Positions 35,572 to 49,500 of a stretch of 64,000 nucleotides of DNA are shown here, one piece after another. The notes beneath the pieces were generated by a model that had not been told where the DNA came from, did not search any database, and was given only the letters and a program-made list of their open reading frames with translations. Position 1 is the stretch's first letter; each line of letters opens with the position of its first letter. A program made the position numbers and the translations under genes. The stretch comes from Oopsacas minuta (Eukaryota > Animalia > Porifera): the NCBI GenBank assembly GCA_024704765.1, contig JAKMXF010000309.1, positions 1 through 64,000 of the forward strand. Reading direction: 5' to 3'.

Positions 35572-36563
35572 CTTGTTGATTAAGGTAGATAGAAACAAAA
35601 TTATATTAGTGTTTTTATGCAGAATCCACGAATATCAAACTATCCGATAATTTACCAAATACTACTCAGCCTACTTATCAAGGGTACGCTGCGTATGCCC
35701 GCGTTCCATTGATCGAGAATTGACTTTATACTTCATAGTTCATAAAGTGCTAACCCCTATCTGTTGCTAATTAGCTACAAGAACTAAATTAAGTTAGTAA
35801 TCTCATGAATAATGTTATTCCAGTTCTCTAAATAAAAAATAGTAGTAAGCACATCATGGAGGAAATTGGATGATAATTGAGCAAAAAACCGCACGTTCTC
35901 ACGATTAAATATATCGCACTAATAAAGCTGAGTACGGTAATGTGAAGGAAAATAGGGCTTGACCCCCCCCCGACCCACAGCTGGATAGTTAATTGTATAA
36001 CCCCCACCAGCAATTCCTGGATCCGCCACTGTGTGCTCCCTCTGGCATAATTCCTGTGTCAGACTTGTGGATTTTTCGAATCATTTCAAATGATTTGAAT
36101 TGGTTCGATTTAGGATTTGAATGAAAATAATCAATTCCTCTGAGTCCTTTGCCCAAATCTCACAAATTCATTTTTACTCCTTTGAACCAGTTTTTAGGCG
36201 AAATACTGCACACAAGTGCCTGTCTAATTCATTGTGTGCAAATTTTCTAATAATTTCGTACCCGATATCCTTTGGCCCAATTTCTCTAGCCAAAAACGAT
36301 GAGGCGTTCTGATTCATCTTAGAGATATAGAATCATAAGGGAATTCGAATGAACTCCCAGCTTTCTAGTTAGAGAACTTTCATGATTTCGAAAATGCATT
36401 TATTTCCTGTCTTAATTATCTTTAAGAAGTTTATACATTATGTGAATGGCTAAATTTTGGCACATCAGATTTTAGGGGGAGTTTCAATCGAACGCAATCG
36501 AACTACTCTAAATCTGGATCTGCTCCTGATTAATTACTTTACTTGTTATATTGATAATCATGT

Positions 36564-37433
36564 ATGTTTTCAATATATAAATTGAAAATGTTAAGAAATC
36601 TATTTTCACTGGAGATATCAGAGAATTCATTTATTATGACAGAATACTCTGATCGGTGTTATTTCGAGCAATCATGGCGACACATGAGTGACAGCTATTC
36701 GAAGTTCACGATTGCAACCTGGGGTTCTCTACTCGCACACGAATTGGTATACTTTCTAATGTGCACCCCTGGGTTCATGCTACAATTCATCCCAACTATG
36801 CAAAAATTAAAAATCCAACAGGACAAACCTGAAACCCTGGAGAATCAGTGGAAATGTCTGAAATTCATATTTTTCAGTCATGTTTTCATTCAACTACCAA
36901 TGATTTGTACTATATTCACCTATACAGAGATAATGGACATTTCATTTGACTATGAAACAATTCCGCCTTGGTATAAGCTTTGCCTCAAATCATTTGTATG
37001 TTTATTAATCGAGGATTCCTGGCATTACTTTTTTCATCGTTTCCTACTCCATGGTGCTCTTTACAAACAAGTTCATAAGATCCATCATAATTTCCATGCG
37101 CCTTTTGGTTTAGCCGCGGAGTATGCACATCCGGTTGAGATAATCCTTTTATCGGGTGGATTTTTTCTCGGAATCGTACTCTTTTGTGATCACCTAATCT
37201 TCATGTGGGTGTGGATGTGTTTGAGACTGCTAGTTGTAGTAGATGCACATACCGGATATAACCACTGGCAGCCCCTACATATACTTCCGTTCTATGGCGG
37301 TGCTCATTTTCATGATTTCCATCATAGAACGTTTGATGGAAATTTCGCTTCAACATTCACTTATTTGGATAAACTCTTTGGAACAGATCGCCAGTACCGA
37401 AATTTTTACAAGGAATTAGAGATGAAGGAGTAG
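36564..37433 (+). CDS. MSMO1: Methylsterol monooxygenase (sterol C4-methyl oxidase, ERG25/SC4MOL), intronless
   Basis: KFTIATWGSLLAHE, KIQQDKPETLENQWKC, His boxes HRFLLH, HKIHH, HFHDFHH, and FASTFTYLDKLFGTD. The true start may be the ATG at 36636. Confidence 0.93.
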   Translation: MFSIYKLKMLRNLFSLEISENSFIMTEYSDRCYFEQSWRHMSDSYSKFTIATWGSLLAHELVYFLMCTPGFMLQFIPTMQKLKIQQDKPETLENQWKCLKFIFFSHVFIQLPMICTIFTYTEIMDISFDYETIPPWYKLCLKSFVCLLIEDSWHYFFHRFLLHGALYKQVHKIHHNFHAPFGLAAEYAHPVEIILLSGGFFLGIVLFCDHLIFMWVWMCLRLLVVVDAHTGYNHWQPLHILPFYGGAHFHDFHHRTFDGNFASTFTYLDKLFGTDRQYRNFYKELEMKE

Positions 37434-40032
37434 GATAAATATTATTGTTATTCTTTAGGTTACTTCTTGTTATGTGTTTATTCTCTAGGTGACAAACAAT
37501 GAATGTTTTAATCATATGATAAATCTGTATACAGTCGTAACTATTATGCTCTGAAAAAATATCGAATATTGAAATCTTACATAGAAAGTGTGAAAATATG
37601 ATTGTCTTGAGACAGGGCATTTCGTGCATGTATTATATCATTTAGTTTTTGTGATGTTTTACTGGTTGAATTTTCAATGATTTCAGTTGGTAAATCTGGT
37701 AGTGGATCTGGTATTTGACATTTTGACATTTCATCTTTGTTTTGTGATTGTTTTTGGGGTGTTACTTACTTGTTTTTGTTTACTGTTTCTGTGTACAATT
37801 ATTCTTGGTGTTATGGATTGCATGTGGTTGGAGTTATTTAACACCAGTGGGCCTTGGATCGATATTGGAAGTATTTGTTGATATTGAAAGAGACTTGATC
37901 TATTCTTGGGTAATTGTGAGCCATTGATGGAGTAATGTTAAGCTTTTGGAGACGTGAAGTTGGTTGTGAAGGTGAAGATACTTGAGGTTGCTGTTGGTGT
38001 CTTGTTATCTTATTCTTAATGTTGAGGATATTATTGCCTTTAGCTTTACGTTGAGATGGTGGTAGGTAGCTAGAAATGACGTAATAATAATATGCAATGA
38101 TTGCACAGTATTGACAGATCAAGAACAAAGTTCATATTTTTACTAGAAACTTTTGGCTTGAACTTGGCATGAACTTTGTACATGTGAGCACACAACATCT
38201 AGCAACACTGGATTGCACAGACATAAATTTGAATAGAAAAGTCAATATACAGGTAAACCTCCGAGATACGGCATCACCTGAAAAATAATTTTGTGCTGTA
38301 TCTCAGAGGTTGCCCTTATACACGCTCCATATGCGCTATATTTTAAGGACGAATAATCAGATGTTAACAATAATACGCATTACTAATGGTTATTGAAAAC
38401 AGATTAACCGAGGAGGAAGTTTTGTCCTAGAGATTCCATGTGTCTACAGTCTACAATAAATATGGACCTAAGATGTAAATAGAAAATGAATGATATTGTG
38501 GCCCCCCAGTCTTCAGACAGACTCCTCTAAGGCAAAACACCCCCGGGAGGTAAAACACGATTTCAACTATTCATTAAGATACGAACATTTCGCTAGAGAC
38601 ATATATTGAATCAGATCATTTGAGGCACTCCTCGAGTTGTTGGAGTGGAGATTTGCCATCGATTAGTGCAGCGGTTCTCAAACTTTTCACCCGTGAACCG
38701 CTCTTAAGGCATTAGTCGATCGTGTTAAACAAGATCACGATCCCGATCATTTTCCGATCGTTTGTCTATTATTCAAGAGATATATTTTTGATAGTTACAT
38801 CATTTCTTATGCCAAAAGAAACATAGTTGCGAATCAACGCATTCTACGAACGAATATTGCTGATTGTTGGACACAAATTTGCAACAATTACCTAAGTATA
38901 AATAACGCTAATGATAGTAGCATTCATAGTATAAACAAATGATCGAAAAATTTTGTGCAAAAAAAGGATCGCGATCTTACATCTGATCCTTAATAAAACA
39001 ATGATCACACATTCCTCCCATAGACTGCAATTTGAGATCCTGTGGATCCCCTACTGCGTCCGTGGACCAACAAGAGAGTCCATGGACCACATTTTGGGAA
39101 CGAAATGTCGGATTCCCCAACATTCCTTATGACCAATTTCCATCAATGGTACCAAACACAGACTTCTTCCTCTTCTGCTCTCTCCCTCTCACACATTTCC
39201 ATAAAATCCTTATCGCTCAATTAATCAGCAATACAAGAATCAGATAACTCAGATCTCAATCTATCTATCTCTACCATACAGGCCATATATTGGGAAAGAT
39301 AGACTTGAAAAATTTGGAAATAAATTCAGTTCATCTTCAACTTCAAATCACAATAGAATTCTTGTAGAATTGTATGTGCATTTTCCATTCCCTAATCGAT
39401 AATTGTTCAGTTTGTACATTTAGAACCTCGAATTGGTGTGAGATTTCGCGAACTATTTGCTCAACTAGGTTGGTTTGAATTCCTTTTATCATTCAATTCT
39501 ACTTTTATACAATTTAAGATATGAATAATGGATCGATCGGCATTTGCATCAACTTCGAATGGATAAGTGTATTGATTGAGGTGTGAAATTTCGGTAGAAT
39601 TAGAAGATTGTATTTGTAACTGTCCAGGAGTTAAAAATTTAGAAAATTGTCTCTAATTGCTCCCATTCATCATTAGCAGTGACGTCATCATGATCAATAC
39701 TGATAGGTAGGGAATGGAAATTGTGTTCTTAAGTTAGGTAAACATTTCTGAGTAATTAAAGTGTAATAAGTAACCCACCCTTGTTGGTCAGCGGACGAGA
39801 GCAGGGTCCACAGGATCTCAAATATTGCACTGCTGTCTATGGGAAGGAGTTCATTAGTATAGAGATTAGAACCGTGGCATTAAGGGCTGTGAAGTATTAT
39901 GGATTAGAGGTGAAAGGAATAGTAAAAGTAAGGGAAAGATTCATTAATGGAAACACGACAAAATATTTTTGTGGAAAAACAAATAAAAAATGTAGAAAAT
40001 AGGTAACATAAAGTAGTAAATATCTAAGAGTA

Positions 40033-40944
40033 TTAGAATATCTGTAGACAATTCTTATTAGCTTCACTCACAACAATAATTCTATCTTTATCATCTACTG
40101 TAATTCCTGTTGGTTTACGAATAGAGATTGTGTGGATATATTCATGTTTAGAATTGAAAATTTGAATAGAATTAGAACAATAATCTGAGATTAGAATGTT
40201 ATCAGAATTGTCTAGAAAGAAGAACAAGGGAGATATCACTTGCTTTCCTTTTCCGATAGAAATGATATTCTTCTGTAGGACGAGATCTTTATTGAAAATG
40301 TGTAGATAAGGATTTGATTGATCTAGGATAAAAATGTTGTCTCGATTGAGTTTGATATCACGAGGGTATGTGAGAATATCTTTACCAAACTGAGACTTGT
40401 AATGAAGGTTTTCTGAGAGTATTTGAATGCGATAGTTAGATGCATCACAAATGTAAACATCTCCATTTAATTCATCGATTGTTATACCACAAGGGTTATT
40501 AAACTCTAAATTTCCTTTTCCATATTTACCAACTTTGGAAATAAACTTTCCATCTAGTTGATAGTTCATTATACAGTCGCTAAATTGAGAAATAAGAATT
40601 CTATTCCCACAAATAGTTAAACCTTTCGGGTAGTTCATCTCACTTTCACCTTTACTATCTCCGAATTTGAACAAATACTTAGCAATACTGTCAAACACTT
40701 TAACACAGTGATTACCTGCATCTGCTATATAAATATTTCCTGTTGTCATATCTAGAGTAACATTCCATGGAGAGTAAAGTTGGTCATTTTCATCTCCTCT
40801 CTCACAAACACTAACTAGAGGTTGTTTCTTATTTGTATAATCGATTACTCCAGCTTTCATTTCAATTCTCTCTTTTATTCGATGTATTTCTAGAATAAAG
40901 TTATCTTCTCCATGATCTGTATCTTCTCTATGAGCAGTAGTCAT
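40033..40944 (-). CDS. B-type NHL-repeat protein B4, 303 aa
   Basis: Intact ORF with the B-type promoter (to ~41575) including the 169-bp MITE. Confidence 0.9.
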   Translation of the reverse strand: MTTAHREDTDHGEDNFILEIHRIKERIEMKAGVIDYTNKKQPLVSVCERGDENDQLYSPWNVTLDMTTGNIYIADAGNHCVKVFDSIAKYLFKFGDSKGESEMNYPKGLTICGNRILISQFSDCIMNYQLDGKFISKVGKYGKGNLEFNNPCGITIDELNGDVYICDASNYRIQILSENLHYKSQFGKDILTYPRDIKLNRDNIFILDQSNPYLHIFNKDLVLQKNIISIGKGKQVISPLFFFLDNSDNILISDYCSNSIQIFNSKHEYIHTISIRKPTGITVDDKDRIIVVSEANKNCLQIF

Positions 40945-43508
40945 TCTACAAATCTTAATTATAAGCTTATTAAACTAAAATTCCTATAAATAGAATAAGA
41001 ATACTTTCAATGTAATATAATACTATAGCATTATATACAATACAAATAGATTGTTATGGATATTAAAGTAATACAAGTTATTCAATACAGTCAACTCCTT
41101 GTATATCCAAGCTCAAGGGGCCGTGATAAATACTGCGATATGAATCATGTAATATATATTGCTTTGACGGTTTGAGATCATATTTGTATATAATTCAAGA
41201 ATTGATATAATTGGGTATTTAGATGTATCCGTGTTTGATATAACAGGAGTTGACTGTAGATATTCGATAGAGACAATGGATTTATGAAAGACAGTGCAAC
41301 GTTAATAGTACAGTGTCGATTTCTATACTCCGTATTAATAATTCTATCTTGGCAATAACGAATAACTCCCTTTCAGATAAGGATACCCAGATTATCCCGA
41401 GATGTTAAAAAATCCAGTGAAGAATTTGAAATCCTAGAAAATTTCTGTTCCCTTTTTCCAAATAATAGCCTGAGTTTGCTCCGTATTTTTTATGTAAAAC
41501 TAGGAAATCCAGTGAATTTCAAAATCCCTACGATTTAGTTGATAAATACATACTCAATAGAACGAACAATAAGAAATACAATGTCCAGGCAACAGACTTG
41601 TATTTCAGCTCAGGGTTATATATTTTCGTTCTTTTCCTGGGTGACGTGCCCCTCCTGACCCCAGTGTAAATGCCGCAATGCACCAGGCCCGACTTATTTT
41701 GGGCTTCTGAATCTGATAAATATTTCAGGATATTCAATATTATTCATCTCCTAATGTACTTCATGTTTTATCCTCAAATCATATTGATAGAATACCGAAT
41801 AATTATCCTACAATTACCCCCCTGTCTAACTTTTGAAACGCAATCTATAGCACCATTTTAAATATGTGCAAAAAGATCTGAAAATTCATATGATAAATCT
41901 GTGATTTATAACTTTCTAACATTCTCAAATTTGGACCCTACGCACCCAATTACCCCTGATAACATGTTGAAACATAATCTCTAGCTGCTTTTGTATTTTA
42001 CATAGAAAGCTGTGAAAATATGTTTATCACCAAGAACAAGTGTTGTTAATGAAATATTATTCGAGTAAAAATTAATACGTAATAATGGCTAATTCAGAAC
42101 CAATTCCAACAAAACGAGTTAATGCTTTCTTGTCATCTACTAGCTATATTACCCGACAGAAAAAGTCTGCAACAATCATCCACCCAGAAGTTGAATATTT
42201 CGGATGTCAATACTTGGTGTTCAACCTACAAATAATGTTAAATAGCTCCAGCATCACGGTTGCCATGGTAATGGAATTTCAATTCACATTCCTACGGCAA
42301 CCCTGTCCAGCATGGCCTACTTGATACACGGCTTACTAAGTGGCCGAGAAAGTCAATAAGATAGCAAGCTAGTATTGGATGTTAATAACTATATAACAAG
42401 AAAACTCATAACGATAGATCTACTTCGTGTATAAGAAATTACATACGTATTGTGGTTCGAGTGTATAATTTCTGGAACTCTATCATTTATAGTTTGCGAT
42501 ATATTAAATTAATTATTCAAAATACATTCCATCGCAATCTAAGAACGTGGTCACATATCATCGATATTTTCTCATTTTATTGAAACAATGGCTTCAAATT
42601 ATCATTATAAGTATCTACAATTTGCGCGTTAGAAATTATAATAAAGTTGGCTAGGAGGAAATAGTATTTCTTCCTAACAATAGCATATAATGCACACTGA
42701 TGATGACATAACATAAATTTGATAGTTGATATGTGTACCCCGGAGTCTTGTTCCTATATGTTAGTAATACATTCTCTAGGTCTATTGTTGAGAGTTTTAA
42801 TGTTACAAAGCCAGTTAAAATCCAATATCTAACAAAAAGTAGCCTGATATTTTATTGGCCTTTTCAGCCCCTTAGCAGGCCGTGTATTTTAATTAATTAA
42901 GTAGGCCATGGCTCCAGTTAGCCAGCAAACAACTTGATTACATATAATTTGTTCAAAATGGCCTACCTTCGAACAGTAGGCCATTTTGAACAGATTATGT
43001 GTAATTAACACTTCCGGCCGTAGTCGATTTAAGCCGAGGACGTACAAACCGAGTTCTACTGTTTATACACGGAACTTATTTCTAACAAATCAAGTCTAAA
43101 TATTTCGTATTACAAACCACCGATTACGCAGTTGAAACGGATGTTATTAATAATTATCCCAGCATTACACACGCGTGGTATTTTGTATCCCATAACAATA
43201 TGGGGTAATAAAGAACCCCATTTACGCAATAGAAGATCTCTGAGGTAAGATTCGACCCCACCTGGGTATTAAAATATTACGTACATCTCTGGGGTCAGAT
43301 TTGACCCCAATGGATATATGTTTGTTGCCCATGTCTACTACCCCAAATATTTTGGGATTTTCACAATGGTTTTAAGTAAATTTCAGATCTGCAATAACAA
43401 ACACACTAAATAATATAGACGAGATGAGTAGAATAGTGAATACATTCTAACAAATATTGAGATAATGAAATTGTCTAAGTACTGTTTAAAATATAGTTAG
43501 ACAATGTA

Positions 43509-46500
43509 TTAATCTTGGCTGAATGACAGCGAATCTTTGTAGGAAATTATACGTCTCCTCCCTTTAATACATTCAGCTGCTGTCAATCTTAACGCAGTGC
43601 TACATATAGTCTCAATCTGTGTAAGAGACTCAGCTAATAAATTATAGAATCGAACTGCATCTGTGCGTTGAGATTCATTGAAAGAGGTAACATGAAAGGC
43701 CATAGAGTTATCACCATGGAAGAAATAAGCAATACCATATCCGTGTTTCGTTACTGGACCAAATCCACCTCCAATACACGTTACATCTGGCCTAGCTTTG
43801 TTAATACCGATTTGGTTGAGGGGTACCTTGTAGTATATTTGGTATAAAAACTAAGTATACATATATACACATGCATAGAGTACACGTTACATCAAACACG
43901 GATAAATCAAAATACAATAACTTTATACATTGTACATGATGAAGGTACAATAATTTTGTGTGTAAATTTTTTGGATCGCCCCTGTATTAATTGATGAACT
44001 CCTTGAAGGTAGTCAACAAAATCTATGATGTGTACTATATGTGAAATATTGAGGGGTATATGTGATTCAAATTTCAACCAACTTACATGTATATTGGCTG
44101 AGTAGTGGTTAATATTGTGATTTTTCGGAAATCTATAAAGGTGTCAATGACGTCCTAATTCGTTATAGGTGTGAATTTCCGTCCAAGACTCAAACTTGTC
44201 CGAGCCAGGCCAAAAATACTCTTGTACGCCAAAAATCAGCCTTGGGGTCTTCCAGTTTATTCAATCAATTCCGAACATATAAACATATACATTAGTTGTG
44301 TTTTAATTGTATTATAGATTGTCATACTTCGTTCCTACTACTTACTTGGCTTGTAGATATAGTATAAGGAATACTCAGTGCACTTTCCAGGAACTCAGAG
44401 TTTTCTCCCTTAAGTTTGCTCGTGATGTATAATGCAAATAAATGTCTATCAAATCCTTTTCCAACCATAGCATTCTTTACGATCATAGCATGTGCTTTGC
44501 CTGCGCTTTGTAAAAGTTTATAAGCTTTATATGAATCTATTTCATCTTCAACCATTGCACGGACAAACTGGCAAGATTCTTCTGTCAAAGATCTATACAA
44601 TACATTTGTATAAATAGACCGTATAAGGAATTATTACAATCTTATTGAACCATAATCTGAGGAAAATCCTTCTACTGTTACCAATGTAGATCCATAACCA
44701 CTCTTCTACTTATTTTCAATACGTGTTTAATCCATTAAAATATTTCAAGTTTTTGTAACGCGTAACGAAATTAATTCTCAGTATTTCCCTGTTAATTCGA
44801 ACTTTCGTATATCTCATTTCATTTTCAACCTACAAATATTATGCAACCTTGATAATTAACGAGTCTCTTGGCTTAATCTGCATTCGTATTTAACTCGGCA
44901 TTTCGTTCCTCGAATTTTTTCATAAGAACAACTATTGTTTACACATGAATACCTTGAAAGTGCAAATTTGGGAATCAACGTACTTGATTACCCCGGTATA
45001 ACTGTTCAACCAAGTTTATTAGACTAATTAGAAATTTGTGTGCTTTATATTCATAAAGTAACAACAAATTTACATATGAGAAACTTGAAAATGCGAAATT
45101 CGGATTCAGCGTATTATAGCTGTTTAGAGCAAGTCTCCACGTATATTTTAAGATTTCAAATATTTGATTACTATATATTCATAAAAGAACTCGGATAAGA
45201 AAAAAATTGATGATCCCTTTTCAAGAAAAGTACGTACTAAACGCAAGTAAGTCTTAAGCCAAGTAAATAATACTCTGCGACCAAACTTACCTTATAGCTT
45301 CTGTCCGTCCTAATTTAAAAAGCCTTGTTAAGCCAGACTCATAAGTCAGAGCAAATTCTTTCTGATCTTTGAAATAAGCCAACTGAATAGCAAGCTGGAC
45401 ATAGGCATCCGGACTCATTTTCAATTCTTTCATGCGAAAACTTCCGAATCTGTCAAACACAGAATATTTGATTTGGACTGATTTAGTATAGCCTAATGTT
45501 AAAGCTGCCTGAGTTATAATCCTTTCTTCTGCCTAGAAAATCATTGATAATAGGCTAGCGCAATCAGAGATGTATAGACAGAGTATGGTATTCGTCATTT
45601 AATAGCAAAATTCGCCTATTAGAAACCTTTTTCATGGGCATTGAGTGCATTTTGCAAGGTGCATAGTTCGCATCATGGCAAATTCGCTTATTAGCAAGGA
45701 AAATTCATGCAAAAATACGATTTGCTAATAGGCGAACTTCACTTTATAAGATAATAACAACGGTACATAACTAATTTAGGGGAACAATTTGTGTAGATTT
45801 CATAGGGTGTAATTTCCAATAATAAGGTATATAACTGCTCATTCGATACACTAGAGTAGTACCGGGATAGGAGCAACTAAACTCATGAGTAGAGTCAAGG
45901 TGGGAAAAGATTACGTCATGCCCACCCGCCCTATCCTCTTTGTATCATGGTGGAGACAAATCCCAATGACCCTAGTTGAGCCGCGGCTATTATTGGTACT
46001 TTTACATACCGTGAAAATATATCAAATGAATCAAACGCTAAAATTACCTCCTCATTAAAATTCCATTCTAACTTAGTACAGACTGCAGGCACTGGATCGG
46101 AATCATCATTAATATAACCTTGTTCGTTGTAGCGTGTTTTTTCACGATTCACCAATTTCCTATCCACCCATAGAGGGACTGGGTAATTCGTTCCCACAAA
46201 ATAATCCATTTCAATAACATTCAAACTATCAACAACTTGTACGAAGGGAGGGGCATCTGATGCTGTGTGTTCAACTGTGTAACCGAACAATCCAGTTTTA
46301 AATACGACCAAATTAATCGATTTATCCATCCATCTGTTATGACCATTGCCGTGTAGAATTGAGGCTGCGAACATTGAGAGATGATCTGCTTCTGTCTTGG
46401 GGTAAGGGTTCTTTTCTGGATCCATTATAAACGTGGGGATCTACAGAATTTGTCAAAAGTAATAACTCATTTAAAATTTGAAGATAAAGTCGGAATCGGA

Positions 46501-49500
46501 TTTTTGCCTTTGCTCATATTGGTCTATTGAGCTTTTAGTCTTTTTGAAGTAAACAATTGATAATACATATTAAATATAATTATTTGTCAAATAGTGTAAA
46601 TAATAGTAATCTATCAAAAGTAATGATAAAGTATTTTATCATATTTAAAGCTAACAACATGCAACCCTCATGTTTATTATAGATCGGCGTATTATAGCTA
46701 TCGGTTTATAAAGTCTGTCGATTTTAGATTAACGAGTATTTATCTAGACAAATTGGGTGCTCAGGTTAATTGCGTCCAAAATATGGAATAAATGAGTAAA
46801 TTTTTTACTGAGTCAACTGTATGATATATTCAGTCTCGTATAAAATGACATTGTGTATTAAATATTGTTGCTACAGATGTGATAAAAAATAGCAATAGAT
46901 AGAAACATTTCCTTCGTTTTCCTCGCTCGACCAAAAGACAGCCCTTGTGAAATATACAATTAGTAATTACCCCCCACAATATTTTCATCAACTGCCCCCA
47001 GACCCTCGCCACTGTTGATTGTAACCTGATTATATCGGTTGTGTGTCAGATGTATATGTCAATATTTCCGCTTTCTCAAACACTCAGGAATCAAAAATCT
47101 GTTATATACCTTAAGTTTAATTTATCATTTTAGTTTGTAAGCGCGAATGTACAAAACTACAAGTACAGCTAAAAACGCAAAAATCTAGAAAGTATATCTC
47201 CAATACATACCAATATTTGAGGAATTATTCAGTGTGTCATACCTTTCCAATATATCTCTCTTCAGGGTCTAAAACAATTACGAAGGCACATTCATCAATA
47301 TATCGCATATTCTTTCTATTCTGTCCATTTGACAGATATTTCTCTCTAAAATCTGCCCAAACTTCTCTGTCTCCAGCTGTAAATGAAGGAAGCATTTTGT
47401 CAGCATCTCTCACTGGAGAATCGTCAGCGAGAATTGCGAGGAATACCTTTTCAAGTTGTCTTGGTGAAACAAGTCTTTGATCTTTGATATAGTCCACTTT
47501 ATAATATCTAAATAACGATAAGAATGTTATATACAGACCAATACAGTTATTTAAATATTCATAGCTATTTGAAACTTTTCAAAGATGTAGTGCAGTGTAT
47601 ATTCAAACATTGAAATATGAGGAATTTAGAAGTTGCTCTGCAAAATCTAATATAATCTGTTACTCTCACATAGAATATGCCAAATGTATTCAGTATTTCA
47701 GATATGAACAGTAGAATCTCTAAGATACGGACACCCTTCGGACGAGACTGCCCAGATATGCAGATTTCAGCGGTTCTACTGCAGGGGAAACTTACAAAGT
47801 TACAGGTCATACATGGCCAAAATTAGTTCTGCATGGATTGGTTTAGATATAGAGTAAACTTTCTAAGCCGGGGGTTTGTCCAGAAATTTCAGGCTCGGCT
47901 CTTTCTGGACGGTAACATATTGATCCTATACAAATTTGAATCTCACGGTTGTTACTTTGTGCTTCGTGGCTGCTAAACCAAGCACCTACATAACCCTTGT
48001 TCCAAACAATTCCAAAAACATGCATAGAGATCCCTGGGACAATATGTAATGGGGCTAGCTTTGAGGTTAATTCATTAGAAATCTCTTGAAACAAATATAA
48101 AAGCAGCTAATAATTATCGCCAGAGCAACAATTGGTCCTCGAACAGAGCTAATAGAACTGAAAACTGGATCAAAAACTCCAATAGACACTGGTCATAGAT
48201 AGATCCAGGGGGCAGGGGCATGGGGTCCCCTTAGAGGAGAAAAAAGTCAATTTACTCGCATACATGCCAATATATTACAGTGTTATCTCTATATCGGGCT
48301 CCAAATTCCTCTGTAAGTTGTCCAAAATCCATCTGCATCCCAAATACATATACAGAGGGGAATTACTCCAACCAAAGACATTGATTAATGAGGTCAATAG
48401 TACGCACAATCAGTACTTTTATCAAAACTGAAAATCTTTTGACATTTGACTTTCAGTAGCCAGTTACTGACTATTCATTCGTTCGAATGGAGTCAATCCG
48501 AGATAACAACGACAATTATTTAGTACTAGCTGGGCTCTCAACTCTTACGATCTCGTCTTGAGTCTCATGAAGTGGTCTCGCGAGCCATATGTGGTCAGTG
48601 GGTCACCGTTTGTAAACCCTTGTTCTACTGTATCACAATTAGTTTACAGCTTGATAAAAATTCTGATCCAGGCTGGACCGTCCTGACAGAATCAGCACAG
48701 GAAGATTCCCACATGATACAACAACAATTACTATGTATATGTCCGACAAATTCTGTGGTTTGATGGCCCTAGTAGTGCTTGCATCGATTCGGACCGGACC
48801 GTGCAATTTTGCTGCCGATATAGCTTAATATATATAAAATTCTATTTAATTTTGTCATGCTAAAGTGGTTTAGCAAACACTAAGCAGTTATTCTTACATT
48901 TCAAAGTAGAAATGATAATAGTGTTATTGCAAACACTTAGTTATGCTAACCCAAGTAAATATTCTACATCTTATGGTTGGATGCGAGATGTCCATTTGAA
49001 TGTTTTGGGACAAAGTAGAAAGAGATAAAAAAAGTTCTAGGTTGCTACTACATAATCACTTACCTGCCTTCGTTGTAAACAATAACATATCCGGTCTCTA
49101 TTCCAGGAGAAACCAGTTCCCGATCAAGAGGACTCTTAGAAGGGACTCTAGTGAAATTGTACAATTTCCTATACTGTTCACTACATAACGGCAAATTCGT
49201 TCCGGGTAGAGCGAAAGGAGAATAATTCCCTGTTTGAATTAAATATCTGTAATACATTAATAGATGGGAGAGTGAAGCGGCTCTGCTGGCCTGTCTGAAG
49301 TTCTGGGGTGTACCGAATGGGCAGTGCAGAGCCACTGATGTGTTTATCATTAGACCAGGGTTAGGACTTGTGTTATCAGTTGGATTCATTGATCGACGTC
49401 CAGCTAGACAATGCAATGTAATCTCTATTATCGAATCTCAATTGTTTGTTTGTTTGTTTGTCTCTGTTTGTTTATTGTCAAGGAAATGGTTTACGGTATA

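Noticed and set aside
3502-40944. Diversity-generating retroelement as the source of NHL variation
   Set aside because: No template repeat or intact RT is present, and substitutions are not adenine-specific (e.g. GAT/TAT, TGT/TTG).
47843-48094. Track ORF as an extra CPT1 exon
   Set aside because: Exons 2 and 3 already join in phase into the conserved VYNEGR|YYKV motif; this ORF lies in repeat-rich intron sequence.
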